Source of the DNA: Candidatus Nanohalobium constans
GTDB lineage: Archaea > Nanohalarchaeota > Nanosalinia > Nanosalinales > Nanosalinaceae
DNA length: 32,000 bases
Direction of reading: 5' to 3'
NCBI RefSeq assembly: GCF_009617975.1
Contig: NZ_CP040089.1
Coordinates: 810,001-842,000 of the forward strand
Of the stretch, positions 25,212 through 32,000 are shown one piece after another. How positions within the stretch are numbered: the stretch's first letter is position 1; every line of letters starts with the position of its first letter. The notes under the pieces were generated by a model. That model saw only the letters and a program-made list of their open reading frames with translations. It was not told the origin of the DNA and ran no database searches. The position numbers and the translations under genes were made by a program.

Positions 25212-25422
25212 CTGTCTCAACTCCCAAAGCCTTTTTCTCAGAATCAGACAGGTATGAATGAGAGGCTAGCTCTCTCCGGATACTCCTTCTGATTACTGTG
25301 CTGATGTTTTCTCCTCTTGCATCACAGAAGCCACGAAGCGTCTGCAGTACAGATTTTTCAAGTTTGGCACCTATTCTCACATTATTGTCATCTGTTTCCA
25401 TGCGTCTCACAGGTGAATGCAT
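25198..25422 (-). CDS. Ribbon-helix-helix (CopG/Arc-like) DNA-binding protein
   Basis: 74 aa. VRIGAKLEKSVLQTLRGFCDARGENISTVIRRSIRREL fits strand-helix-helix. The start may instead be the internal ATG at 25401 (METDD...), 24 nt from the TTTATAA box. Confidence 0.62.
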   Translation of the reverse strand: MHSPVRRMETDDNNVRIGAKLEKSVLQTLRGFCDARGENISTVIRRSIRRELASHSYLSDSEKKALGVETDDGQ

Positions 25423-25428
25423 TTATAA
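25422..25428. promoter_or_regulatory. Candidate shared bidirectional TATA box
   Basis: TTTATAA lies about 22-25 nt from the ATG at 25450 (+) and from the ATG at 25401 (-). The intergenic space is only 27-48 nt. Confidence 0.35.
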
Positions 25429-25449
25429 CGGGAATAGCGTGTCAGCAAG

Positions 25450-26271
25450 ATGACACAGGTGTCACGAATGACTGTAACTGTTACCAAAGACCAGATTGAG
25501 AATGTAATCAGAGGATATCAGCAGGAAGCTGAGGATAGTTCCGATTGTGCATCGAATTTGGATATTAGAAAAGAACTTTCGGAAGAAGGAGAAATGCCTT
25601 CGCATGGACAGATTTCTGAGAAAACCAACGAAATGAAGAAAGAAGAACGGATAAAGAGAGTTTACGGCGATGATTCAGGGAGTAAAAAAAGATGGTCAAC
25701 TACTGATTGGACTCTGCCTCAACCTAGTGTGAAGAGACAGATAGAATCAGCAAGGAAAGAGTTGAAGAACAGAATACTCCGTCAGCCCAAAATTGAGGAA
25801 GTTGCTGAGGAACTGGGCAGAGAGAACACAGAAGCGTTTCGGATGCTTTTCCGTAAGTCTGTGTCTGATAAATGGAGAAGCCCAGATCCAGAAGAGATCA
25901 AAGAAAAGAAAGAAGATGTACAGAACAGGGTTGAAGAAGCTCTCCACCTCTATCTTTGGCCTGAAGAGTTGAAGGATAAGATAATCGAAAATACAAGGGA
26001 GAAAAGTCAGGAATACTATGAGAACAATAGAGAATTATTTGAGGAGTTCGAGATAGAAGTTACTAAAGTTGTTCCTGTTGACATTCCCCGTAAGTTCCAA
26101 ATTAAGGCTCCTCCAAAGCTTCGCAAGTTCATGCTAGAAACTGAATTGGAGGTGGATGTACCTCAGAGTTTCAGAGAGGAGGAAGAAAGTACTGCTGAAT
26201 ACCACAGAAGATTAACGGAGAGAATTAGAGATAAGATTGGTTATGAGATAGGCGATGAATCTCGATATTGA
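25450..26271 (+). CDS. Charged hypothetical protein (273 aa)
   Basis: ORF track; K/E-rich with no recognisable motif. Divergent from the RHH gene. Confidence 0.55.
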   Translation: MTQVSRMTVTVTKDQIENVIRGYQQEAEDSSDCASNLDIRKELSEEGEMPSHGQISEKTNEMKKEERIKRVYGDDSGSKKRWSTTDWTLPQPSVKRQIESARKELKNRILRQPKIEEVAEELGRENTEAFRMLFRKSVSDKWRSPDPEEIKEKKEDVQNRVEEALHLYLWPEELKDKIIENTREKSQEYYENNRELFEEFEIEVTKVVPVDIPRKFQIKAPPKLRKFMLETELEVDVPQSFREEEESTAEYHRRLTERIRDKIGYEIGDESRY

Positions 26272-26304
26272 TGGAGATTCTAAACGCCAGAGTGCAGAGA
26301 TTGT

Positions 26305-27402
26305 TCAGTCTGTGAAGTTACCTAAGTTACCCTGCTTACCTTCGGACTCATATTCATCTAAAGCCTCCTTGAAAGCTTCTTCAGAAACTATTCTGACAGG
26401 TCTGTTTTTCAGGAACTTGCTTTCCACAGCTTCTTCGACCATAGGAGGTTTCTTCCCTCTAAACTTCATCCTGTAGTCTTTCGTGCTTCTGACATCTTCA
26501 TCGGAGAGAATCTCAATATCTTCAGCAAAGTATAGTATATTGTCCAGTTTTTCCTCTACTAATTGATCTCTTTTTGGGCCTTGAACCCCCATCTGTAGAT
26601 TCTGGTTGAACTCATCATAGAACTCTTCTTCATTAAACTCCTTTGGATATGATCTAGATTGGTTAGATTTCAAGAGTTCAAATAGGACATTCTTCAATAT
26701 TATTACTGGATGGCTGGAAACAGTATACATTATAGGATTCTCAATTTTCCCATAATCAATTCCATCGCCTACTTTAGAAGATAAGTCACTATCGTTGCAG
26801 TTGTAATCTTCTTTAGCGTAAAGTGACTGTTCCCACTCATCCAACCCCCAAACTGCCAAGTTGGAAGGATAATCGTAGTCATACCTATCTGGTTTAACTT
26901 CTGCTAAATTCCTAGCATTAGTCGCTACGACATACTGTATGAAGCTAATGTCCTTCTTTCTGCATCCTATCTGGGCCTTTAACTCTCTTTTATTCTCTTC
27001 TTCATTTAGAACATCTTCAATAGATGAAATTTGTTCCATCCACGAAGAGTAGTTACTTCCAGATTTACATTCAACTATGCACAGCTTAACCGCGTCCCCT
27101 TCATCCTTTACAAGTAGGACATCGGCGTTAGAAAGACCTTTTTCTTCTAGTGGCTCAGTAAATGCAAATTCATAACCTGTTTCACTTCCTTCCGCCTCTT
27201 CAGCTTGGTGAAAGGCAGAAGATATCTTGCCTACAATATCATCATGGTTTTTCCGTGTTTTAAGAGAGTTTTTGAGTTCTTTTCTTTTAGCTTCTTCATC
27301 TATTTCTGATTTCTTTTCTTCATACTTTTCTCTGACTTTTTCAATAGATGGATTTGGTATTTCAGACAATTTATCTTCGTAATCTACCTCTTCCATCTTC
27401 AT
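26305..27402 (-). CDS. Hypothetical protein with a candidate PD-(D/E)xK nuclease core
   Basis: 365 aa. GYEFAF...NADVLLVKDEGDAVKLCIVECKSG fits the E...D...(E)xK restriction-endonuclease-fold pattern. Preceded by a charged coiled-coil-like N-terminus. Confidence 0.55.
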   Translation of the reverse strand: MKMEEVDYEDKLSEIPNPSIEKVREKYEEKKSEIDEEAKRKELKNSLKTRKNHDDIVGKISSAFHQAEEAEGSETGYEFAFTEPLEEKGLSNADVLLVKDEGDAVKLCIVECKSGSNYSSWMEQISSIEDVLNEEENKRELKAQIGCRKKDISFIQYVVATNARNLAEVKPDRYDYDYPSNLAVWGLDEWEQSLYAKEDYNCNDSDLSSKVGDGIDYGKIENPIMYTVSSHPVIILKNVLFELLKSNQSRSYPKEFNEEEFYDEFNQNLQMGVQGPKRDQLVEEKLDNILYFAEDIEILSDEDVRSTKDYRMKFRGKKPPMVEEAVESKFLKNRPVRIVSEEAFKEALDEYESEGKQGNLGNFTD

Positions 27403-27405
27403 GTA

Positions 27406-28503
27406 TTATCTCACTGCTATTGCATTAGCTCTCGGATCGATTTGGTCTGTGACATATTCGTAAATCCTCAGAGCCTCATCAATTCCGCTGTCTTCCCTTG
27501 GATAGATTCTAAGGGTATTATCCTTTGATTTTATCGCCACACGGCCATAGTTACTGGAATCGACTAGTGTCGCAGATAAGTGCGGCTTACTACCTAACTT
27601 TTTATCCAGCTTAGAAACTGTAAAACCCCAGTATTCGTTCTGTATAGCTTCTCTGAAGTTATTGACATCTCTGTGCTTTAGCTTCGTTTTGAGATTAATG
27701 GCCCAAGGTTTGCTTTGAGGTATCGAAGAATCCTTTGAATACTTATTGTTCTTAACTTCGTAGTCTGAAGTGTCTATAGCACTTTTGATGTCTCTCAATC
27801 TGTCGATAGTTTCTCTAATTAGCCTGACAGATTCGTTTAGCCCTCCTTTATTTATTGTGAAAACTCCGTCCGTCGAGACCTTGAATTTGAACTGGTTAGG
27901 CCTCTGGAACTTCATCATGGTCGGTAAAACACCGTACTGCCTCTTCATTTCTTTGTATGTTTCTAGACCGTCGTCAGCAGAGTACTGGATTGATCGATCA
28001 TAATCTGGTCTTCTTTTAGCATCTATGTTTACATGCTTGTTTCTCTTGGCTGAGAACTGCGGGATCATTATGTTCTTGTACTGTTCTACAATATCCATCC
28101 TGATATCTTCCATGTGTGCCTGACTTACCCACATCCGTCCAAGATTTTTCTCCCACTTAATATGGTTGAAAAGCGTGTTAGTAATATTCCCAGTGCTTCT
28201 AGGCCCTTCAGTCTTTCTAGCAGTTGTAAAGAACACAGGAAAGTCCTTATCATATAGCATGTAGTACGGCTCCTGTCCCTGGTGTGTCTCCAATAAGAAA
28301 ATATTGCCATTATCTGTCAAAATGTCAAAGGACTTCTCTAGTGAATTAATTAGAGCTTGCTTACTGTGAAAATCGCTGACTGTACCAATTATGTTAAGAT
28401 TGCCACTTATATTCTCCAAATCTATTTCCTTTCTAATGTAGTCGCTAAATGTATCTAGTGAATCATAGTCTGTGGAGCCTACTCTGAGAAAGTCCTCTTC
28501 CAT
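27406..28503 (-). CDS. Hypothetical protein (365 aa), no recognisable domain
   Basis: ORF track. Its stop is 3 nt from the start of the downstream candidate nuclease gene. TTTAAATTT lies about 25 nt upstream of the ATG on the minus strand. Confidence 0.58.
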   Translation of the reverse strand: MEEDFLRVGSTDYDSLDTFSDYIRKEIDLENISGNLNIIGTVSDFHSKQALINSLEKSFDILTDNGNIFLLETHQGQEPYYMLYDKDFPVFFTTARKTEGPRSTGNITNTLFNHIKWEKNLGRMWVSQAHMEDIRMDIVEQYKNIMIPQFSAKRNKHVNIDAKRRPDYDRSIQYSADDGLETYKEMKRQYGVLPTMMKFQRPNQFKFKVSTDGVFTINKGGLNESVRLIRETIDRLRDIKSAIDTSDYEVKNNKYSKDSSIPQSKPWAINLKTKLKHRDVNNFREAIQNEYWGFTVSKLDKKLGSKPHLSATLVDSSNYGRVAIKSKDNTLRIYPREDSGIDEALRIYEYVTDQIDPRANAIAVR

Positions 28504-28659
28504 ACAAAAACTAAACCAAAGCTGAAATTTAAACGACTTGGTTATATATCACACCTACACGTCTTAACCATTTAGCTACCTACAAGCTTCTGAATCAATT
28601 TCATCCCTATTAATATTGGAAGAAAAAGAAGGAGGGGAAAATAGGCTTGTTCTGATAGT

Positions 28660-29088
28660 TTAGATTGCAGGCTGTTTCAACGGCTCTAATCGGGCATCTA
28701 GGTTGTCTTCCAGTTTTTCTCTCAGCTCTTCTGGAAGCTTGTAGTGGTAGTACCCATTTACATGTCGGCGTTCTAGAGTTTCATACCATCTTTCTAGTGT
28801 ATCTCTACTCTTTTCTGGTATTTTTCCGGTAGTTTGTTGCTGTGCGAACCAAGAGATAGGATTCCACTTCTCGTGAGTTTTCAGGAAATTGCTTACTTCT
28901 GCTTCCATGCCCTCTCTGTATTCTTCTTTGATTTCTTTTGTGCTGAAGGCAGAATTGGGCTCATTTATACATAACTTGGTTATGATAAGAAGGATCTTCT
29001 CCGGGTTTTCTCTATGGTTCCATACAGCATCTTTGTTGGAAAGATTTTTGCCATGTTCAAGGTCTTGTTTCATTTGTTCTATGTTCAT
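28660..29088 (-). CDS. Hypothetical protein (142 aa)
   Basis: ORF track. Same strand as the two downstream 365-aa genes, separated by a 156-nt spacer. Confidence 0.5.
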   Translation of the reverse strand: MNIEQMKQDLEHGKNLSNKDAVWNHRENPEKILLIITKLCINEPNSAFSTKEIKEEYREGMEAEVSNFLKTHEKWNPISWFAQQQTTGKIPEKSRDTLERWYETLERRHVNGYYHYKLPEELREKLEDNLDARLEPLKQPAI

Positions 29089-29336
29089 TAAGGATCACAG
29101 GGGGAAGAGTCTAGAGGCTGTTTAGAACCTTTAGACTAGTATAGAGAGGTTGCAGGGAGGAAGTTGCACTCGACAAACAGTGTCTGCCCATATCTTCCGG
29201 CCAGTTAGACAGGAGATATGTCGATACCAGTTTTGGTATGCTCCTACTGGAGCCGCCCTCCGGTTCTCGGAACGACATAAGAGACCATGTCTCCGGGCAC
29301 GCTGAGATTTCCTATGCTTCCTCTAAAAATATGATT

Positions 29337-30161
29337 TTAGAGCTGTTCAATCACCTTTCGACAGTGTGGATGGTAGCTTTGCCCATCCTTCTTGTAGGTT
29401 GTATAGTGTTTTTCCGTAACACCTTCGCCTTCAGAGTAATAGGTTCTGAACATTTGGTAGATTGAACCCACAGGGCCGTAGAGTTGTTTAATCAATTGTT
29501 CTGTTTCTTCCTTTACTTCTTCTTTTGGATCTTCTTCAGGGTTCTCCGGATCAGTATAGGTAATTTTTCTGATGTAATCTGGGTTGAGAGGTAAGCCACA
29601 GTGTTCGCATATTTCTACATCGCTTTCAACTTCTGGGAAGAATGAGAGAAAGTCTTTTGGGGAGTTGAGTATCGGATCAAAGCTGACTTCGTAGCTGGAG
29701 AAACCATCCCCTTTGGTGGTGTGAGCTACTAGCTGGTTGTCCAGTTCTTCTCCTGTAATTGTCCTGTTTAATAGGCTTAGTGTCTTGTCTTCTATAGCAA
29801 ATGCTTCCGGACTGCCTCCTAAATACCCAAGTTCTGCCAGTTTCTTCAGCTTCGTTCTCAGGTTTACGCTGAGTTCTAGTACCTGGCTCAATTCTTCTTC
29901 GTCACCACATCCGTGCTCAACTATTGCTTCTAATATTCTTTCTTCGTCTCCAGTTAGATCACTCAACAGTTCGTACTTGTTATCATCCCGCTTTTTCACT
30001 AGGTCTATTTCTCTGAACTGCTTCAGGTACTTTGATACTGTGGATTTTGAGACCTCTACATTTTCGACGATATCAGTGAATCTAGATGGGTTCTCATGCA
30101 GGAAGCCTTTGATCTGATTTTCGGCATCTGCTTTTCGGAATGTTTCCATGTCAATTGGCAT
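29337..30161 (-). CDS. Putative transcriptional regulator: tandem winged-HTH plus a C-terminal Cys/His cluster
   Basis: 274 aa. NPSRFTDIVENVEVSKSTVSKYLKQFREIDLVKK is ArsR/TrmB-like wHTH. A second wHTH-like segment is ILEAIVEHGCGDEEELSQVLELSVNLRTKLKKLAELGYL. Cluster: CEHC...HPHC. Confidence 0.6.
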   Translation of the reverse strand: MPIDMETFRKADAENQIKGFLHENPSRFTDIVENVEVSKSTVSKYLKQFREIDLVKKRDDNKYELLSDLTGDEERILEAIVEHGCGDEEELSQVLELSVNLRTKLKKLAELGYLGGSPEAFAIEDKTLSLLNRTITGEELDNQLVAHTTKGDGFSSYEVSFDPILNSPKDFLSFFPEVESDVEICEHCGLPLNPDYIRKITYTDPENPEEDPKEEVKEETEQLIKQLYGPVGSIYQMFRTYYSEGEGVTEKHYTTYKKDGQSYHPHCRKVIEQL

Positions 30162-30185
30162 AATAACTAATTAAACCTACCTACT

Positions 30186-30194
30186 TTTATATAG
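30186..30194 (-). promoter_or_regulatory. Candidate TATA box for the wHTH regulator gene
   Basis: The minus strand reads ACTATATAAAAG, about 27-30 nt upstream of the ATG at 30161 (leaderless pattern). Confidence 0.35.
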
Positions 30195-30487
30195 TCTTTG
30201 TTATTTCTATACCTAATATTAGAAAACTATACTAAATAGGTGTTTGTCTATACATTCCGAAAAATTATAGAGAATATAGGTAATTAAGAAATAAAATTTA
30301 GGATAAGAAAACTACAAGTACTATTTAAGTTTTAGCTTCTAGCGAGACCTTGAACCGTTGGACTGAGCCTGTTTAGTGGGATTGCTTGACTGAGGGTCCA
30401 TTTTTTGTTGTTTACTGTTTGGTTTCTGCAGGGTAGAAAGAGTAGTTGTGTTTTTTGTGGGAGAATATAGGCAGGTTTGAGTGTTTT

Positions 30488-31501
30488 TTAGGTGAATTCT
30501 TGGATTGTTGGTTTTTGGTTTGTGTTTTTTCCTTGGATGCTTTTTGCTATGGTTTTGGCTAGGTTTACGGGTACTGCGTTTCCTATCATTTTGTAGCCGT
30601 CTCTGATTTTGTCGTATTTTAGTTTGAAGTTGTCTGGGAATGTTTGTAGTTTGGCTGCTTCTCGTATGCTGTATCTGCGGTATTCGTCTTCGTGTCCTTC
30701 TTTGAATTTCCAGTTGTCTTTTTCTATTTTCTCCATTTTTGGTGCTTTTGGGTGTATTTTTTGGTGTCTTGCGTTTGCTTGGACTGTGTATGCGGGTTCG
30801 TCCCAGTTTCTTACCCGGTTTCTGGACATGTATCTTGATGAGTAGCTTCCTATGTAGTGTTCGTGGTTGGGGAGTTCTAGTTCTTCTGGTTTGTGTGGTT
30901 CTCCTTCTGTGGGTTTGGATTCTGGCATTCCTTTCAGTACTTCTTGCCCCATTTTTTCTTCTGTGCCTTCAGGGAATTCGTAGTTGAAGTCGATGTCGTC
31001 TCTTATTCCTACGATTATGACTCTTTTTCTTTCCTGTGGGACGTTGTGGTAGGAGGCGTTCATTTTCTTGTATTTTACGTTGTAGCCTATTTCTTTGAAT
31101 TTCTGGATTATTTCTTTGAATTCGTCTATGTTTGTTTTGGAGATTATTCCTGGTACGTTTTCGGCTACGAAGAATTTTGGTTTTTTGTGTTGGATGATTT
31201 CTATGTAGTTGTAGAATACTGCTCCTCTTTCGTCGTCGCTTCCTCTGAGGTGGTTGCTTGCTAGGGACCAGCTTTGGCATGGCGGTCCTCCGATTATTCC
31301 GTCGCATTCGGGGAGTTTGTCGTAGTCTAGTTCTCTGATGTCTTCTATTTTTAGTTCTGTTTCGTGGTTTTGGTCGTATGTTTCTTTGAGGAAGTCTGCG
31401 TAGTCTGTGGCGAATACTATTTCGTAGCCTGCTTTTGAGAAGCCGAGATCCAGTCCTCCGCATCCGGAGAAGAGGGATATGATTTTGTCTCCTTCGTTCA
31501 T
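30488..31501 (-). CDS. dcm: DNA (cytosine-5)-methyltransferase
   Basis: 337 aa with the canonical C5-MTase motifs: FSGCGGLDLGF (I), GGPPCQSWS (IV), FVAENVPG (VI), QERKRVIIVG (VIII), REAAKLQTFPDNF (IX) and GNAVPVNLA (X). Confidence 0.93.
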   Translation of the reverse strand: MNEGDKIISLFSGCGGLDLGFSKAGYEIVFATDYADFLKETYDQNHETELKIEDIRELDYDKLPECDGIIGGPPCQSWSLASNHLRGSDDERGAVFYNYIEIIQHKKPKFFVAENVPGIISKTNIDEFKEIIQKFKEIGYNVKYKKMNASYHNVPQERKRVIIVGIRDDIDFNYEFPEGTEEKMGQEVLKGMPESKPTEGEPHKPEELELPNHEHYIGSYSSRYMSRNRVRNWDEPAYTVQANARHQKIHPKAPKMEKIEKDNWKFKEGHEDEYRRYSIREAAKLQTFPDNFKLKYDKIRDGYKMIGNAVPVNLAKTIAKSIQGKNTNQKPTIQEFT

Positions 31502-31504
31502 AGT

Positions 31505-32000
31505 TCAGTCTTCTATCTCAAATATTAAAGCATTGATTCTGTTTGCTGGGTTTGCAGGATCCGGCGCTTGGATTTCCTGGTATTTGATGTTTTCCTGTTC
31601 TTCTATTGCTTTTATTTTGTCCTCAGGTATTTCTTGGTATTTTGATTTTTTCATAACTGCGAAAAGCGGTTGTTTTTCTTCTATTTTGTGTTTGTAGTTT
31701 TCTATGTGTTGTGAGAAGTAGTTGGCAGGGTGTGACATTGTCCACATGCCTCTGATCCGTAGTTTTGTTCTGCCTAGTGGGTCTGCGTCGTGGACTTTTC
31801 CAATTTCATTGGTCTGTGAGCTTAGGTCTCCATAGTCTAGTTCTCCTACTGCTTGGCTTGTCTTCTTGGAGAGCTTGTTTGAAAGGTTTTCGTATACTTG
31901 TTCTGGTGCTGCCCAGCAGTCGCCGTAAACCATCCAGATGAAGTCCAGGTTGTCTTCGCCCCTCGGCACTCTTCCCAGGATGTACACCAGTTCTTTTTCA
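31505..32000 (-). CDS. Hypothetical protein, 5'-truncated by the window edge; possible partner of the C5-MTase
   Basis: The frame is open to position 31999 beyond the GTG at 31987. Its stop is 3 nt from the MTase start. It shares the MTase's unusual composition. No motif recognised. Confidence 0.45.
   Translation of the reverse strand, partial: EKELVYILGRVPRGEDNLDFIWMVYGDCWAAPEQVYENLSNKLSKKTSQAVGELDYGDLSSQTNEIGKVHDADPLGRTKLRIRGMWTMSHPANYFSQHIENYKHKIEEKQPLFAVMKKSKYQEIPEDKIKAIEEQENIKYQEIQAPDPANPANRINALIFEIED

Larger units (their letters stand above)
8327..32000. mobile_element. Integrated mobile element(s)/genomic island abutting the tRNA-Ala 3' end; right boundary not in the window
   Basis: An integrase gene starts 140 nt after the tRNA. 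A second integrase lies at 18995. Cargo comprises restriction-modification genes, clamp/clamp-loader-like replication genes, RHH regulators and many orphan ORFs. No housekeeping gene occurs after 8326. Confidence 0.65.

Noticed and set aside
27940-27960. YSADDG in the 365-aa protein (27406-28503) as a possible reverse-transcriptase YxDD motif
   Set aside because: The spacing is Y-x-x-DD rather than Y-x-DD. None of the other RT motifs (upstream palm motifs A/B) could be recognised around it.
30609-31463. Four overlapping ORFs within the C5-MTase locus, including a 164-aa Arg-rich one (30969-31463)
   Set aside because: The MTase frame carries all canonical motifs. The others are by-products of the extreme T/G skew, which depletes stop codons.
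8327-32000. Search for CRISPR arrays, tandem repeats, and a direct-repeat copy of the tRNA-Ala 3' exon (attR)
   Set aside because: None found by eye. This negative result is weak without a computational repeat search, and attR may lie beyond the window.

Overview
The window looks archaeal. Evidence: intron-containing tRNAs, Sec61beta, an archaeal-type RNase P RNA, TATA boxes about 25 nt upstream of start codons (leaderless pattern), and a strongly acidic proteome. A halophilic DPANN/Nanohaloarchaeota-like host is only my inference. It splits into two parts.

(1) 1-8326 is a housekeeping segment. It holds a membrane protein, tRNA-Phe(GAA), two small acidic ORFs, arginyl-tRNA synthetase and an agmatinase-family ureohydrolase. 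It also holds tRNA-Arg(TCT) with a 72-nt intron, Sec61beta, RNase P RNA, a stand-alone 23S rRNA and tRNA-Ala(TGC) with a 128-nt intron. The 23S has no 16S or 5S beside it and is enclosed by about 100 nt of nested leader/trailer pairing.

(2) 8327 to the window end looks like one or more integrated mobile elements abutting the 3' end of tRNA-Ala.
- A tyrosine integrase carrying two Cys4 clusters.
- A translationally coupled hsdM-hsdS-hsdR-DUF262/DUF1524 (GmrSD-like) operon, in which HsdR carries a C-terminal AlbA_2/Schlafen-like domain.
- A second tyrosine integrase.
- A P-loop protein apparently split by a frameshift.
- A tightly overlapping operon: RHH, tiny acidic ORF, RHH-like, PCNA-like clamp, truncated RFC-like AAA+, Zn-ribbon protein.
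- An uncharacterised gene set including a candidate PD-(D/E)xK nuclease.
- A double-wHTH regulator.
- A compositionally distinct C5-cytosine methyltransferase module that runs off the window.

No CRISPR array and no attR copy of the tRNA were found by eye. All domain calls come from motif reading only; no searches were run.
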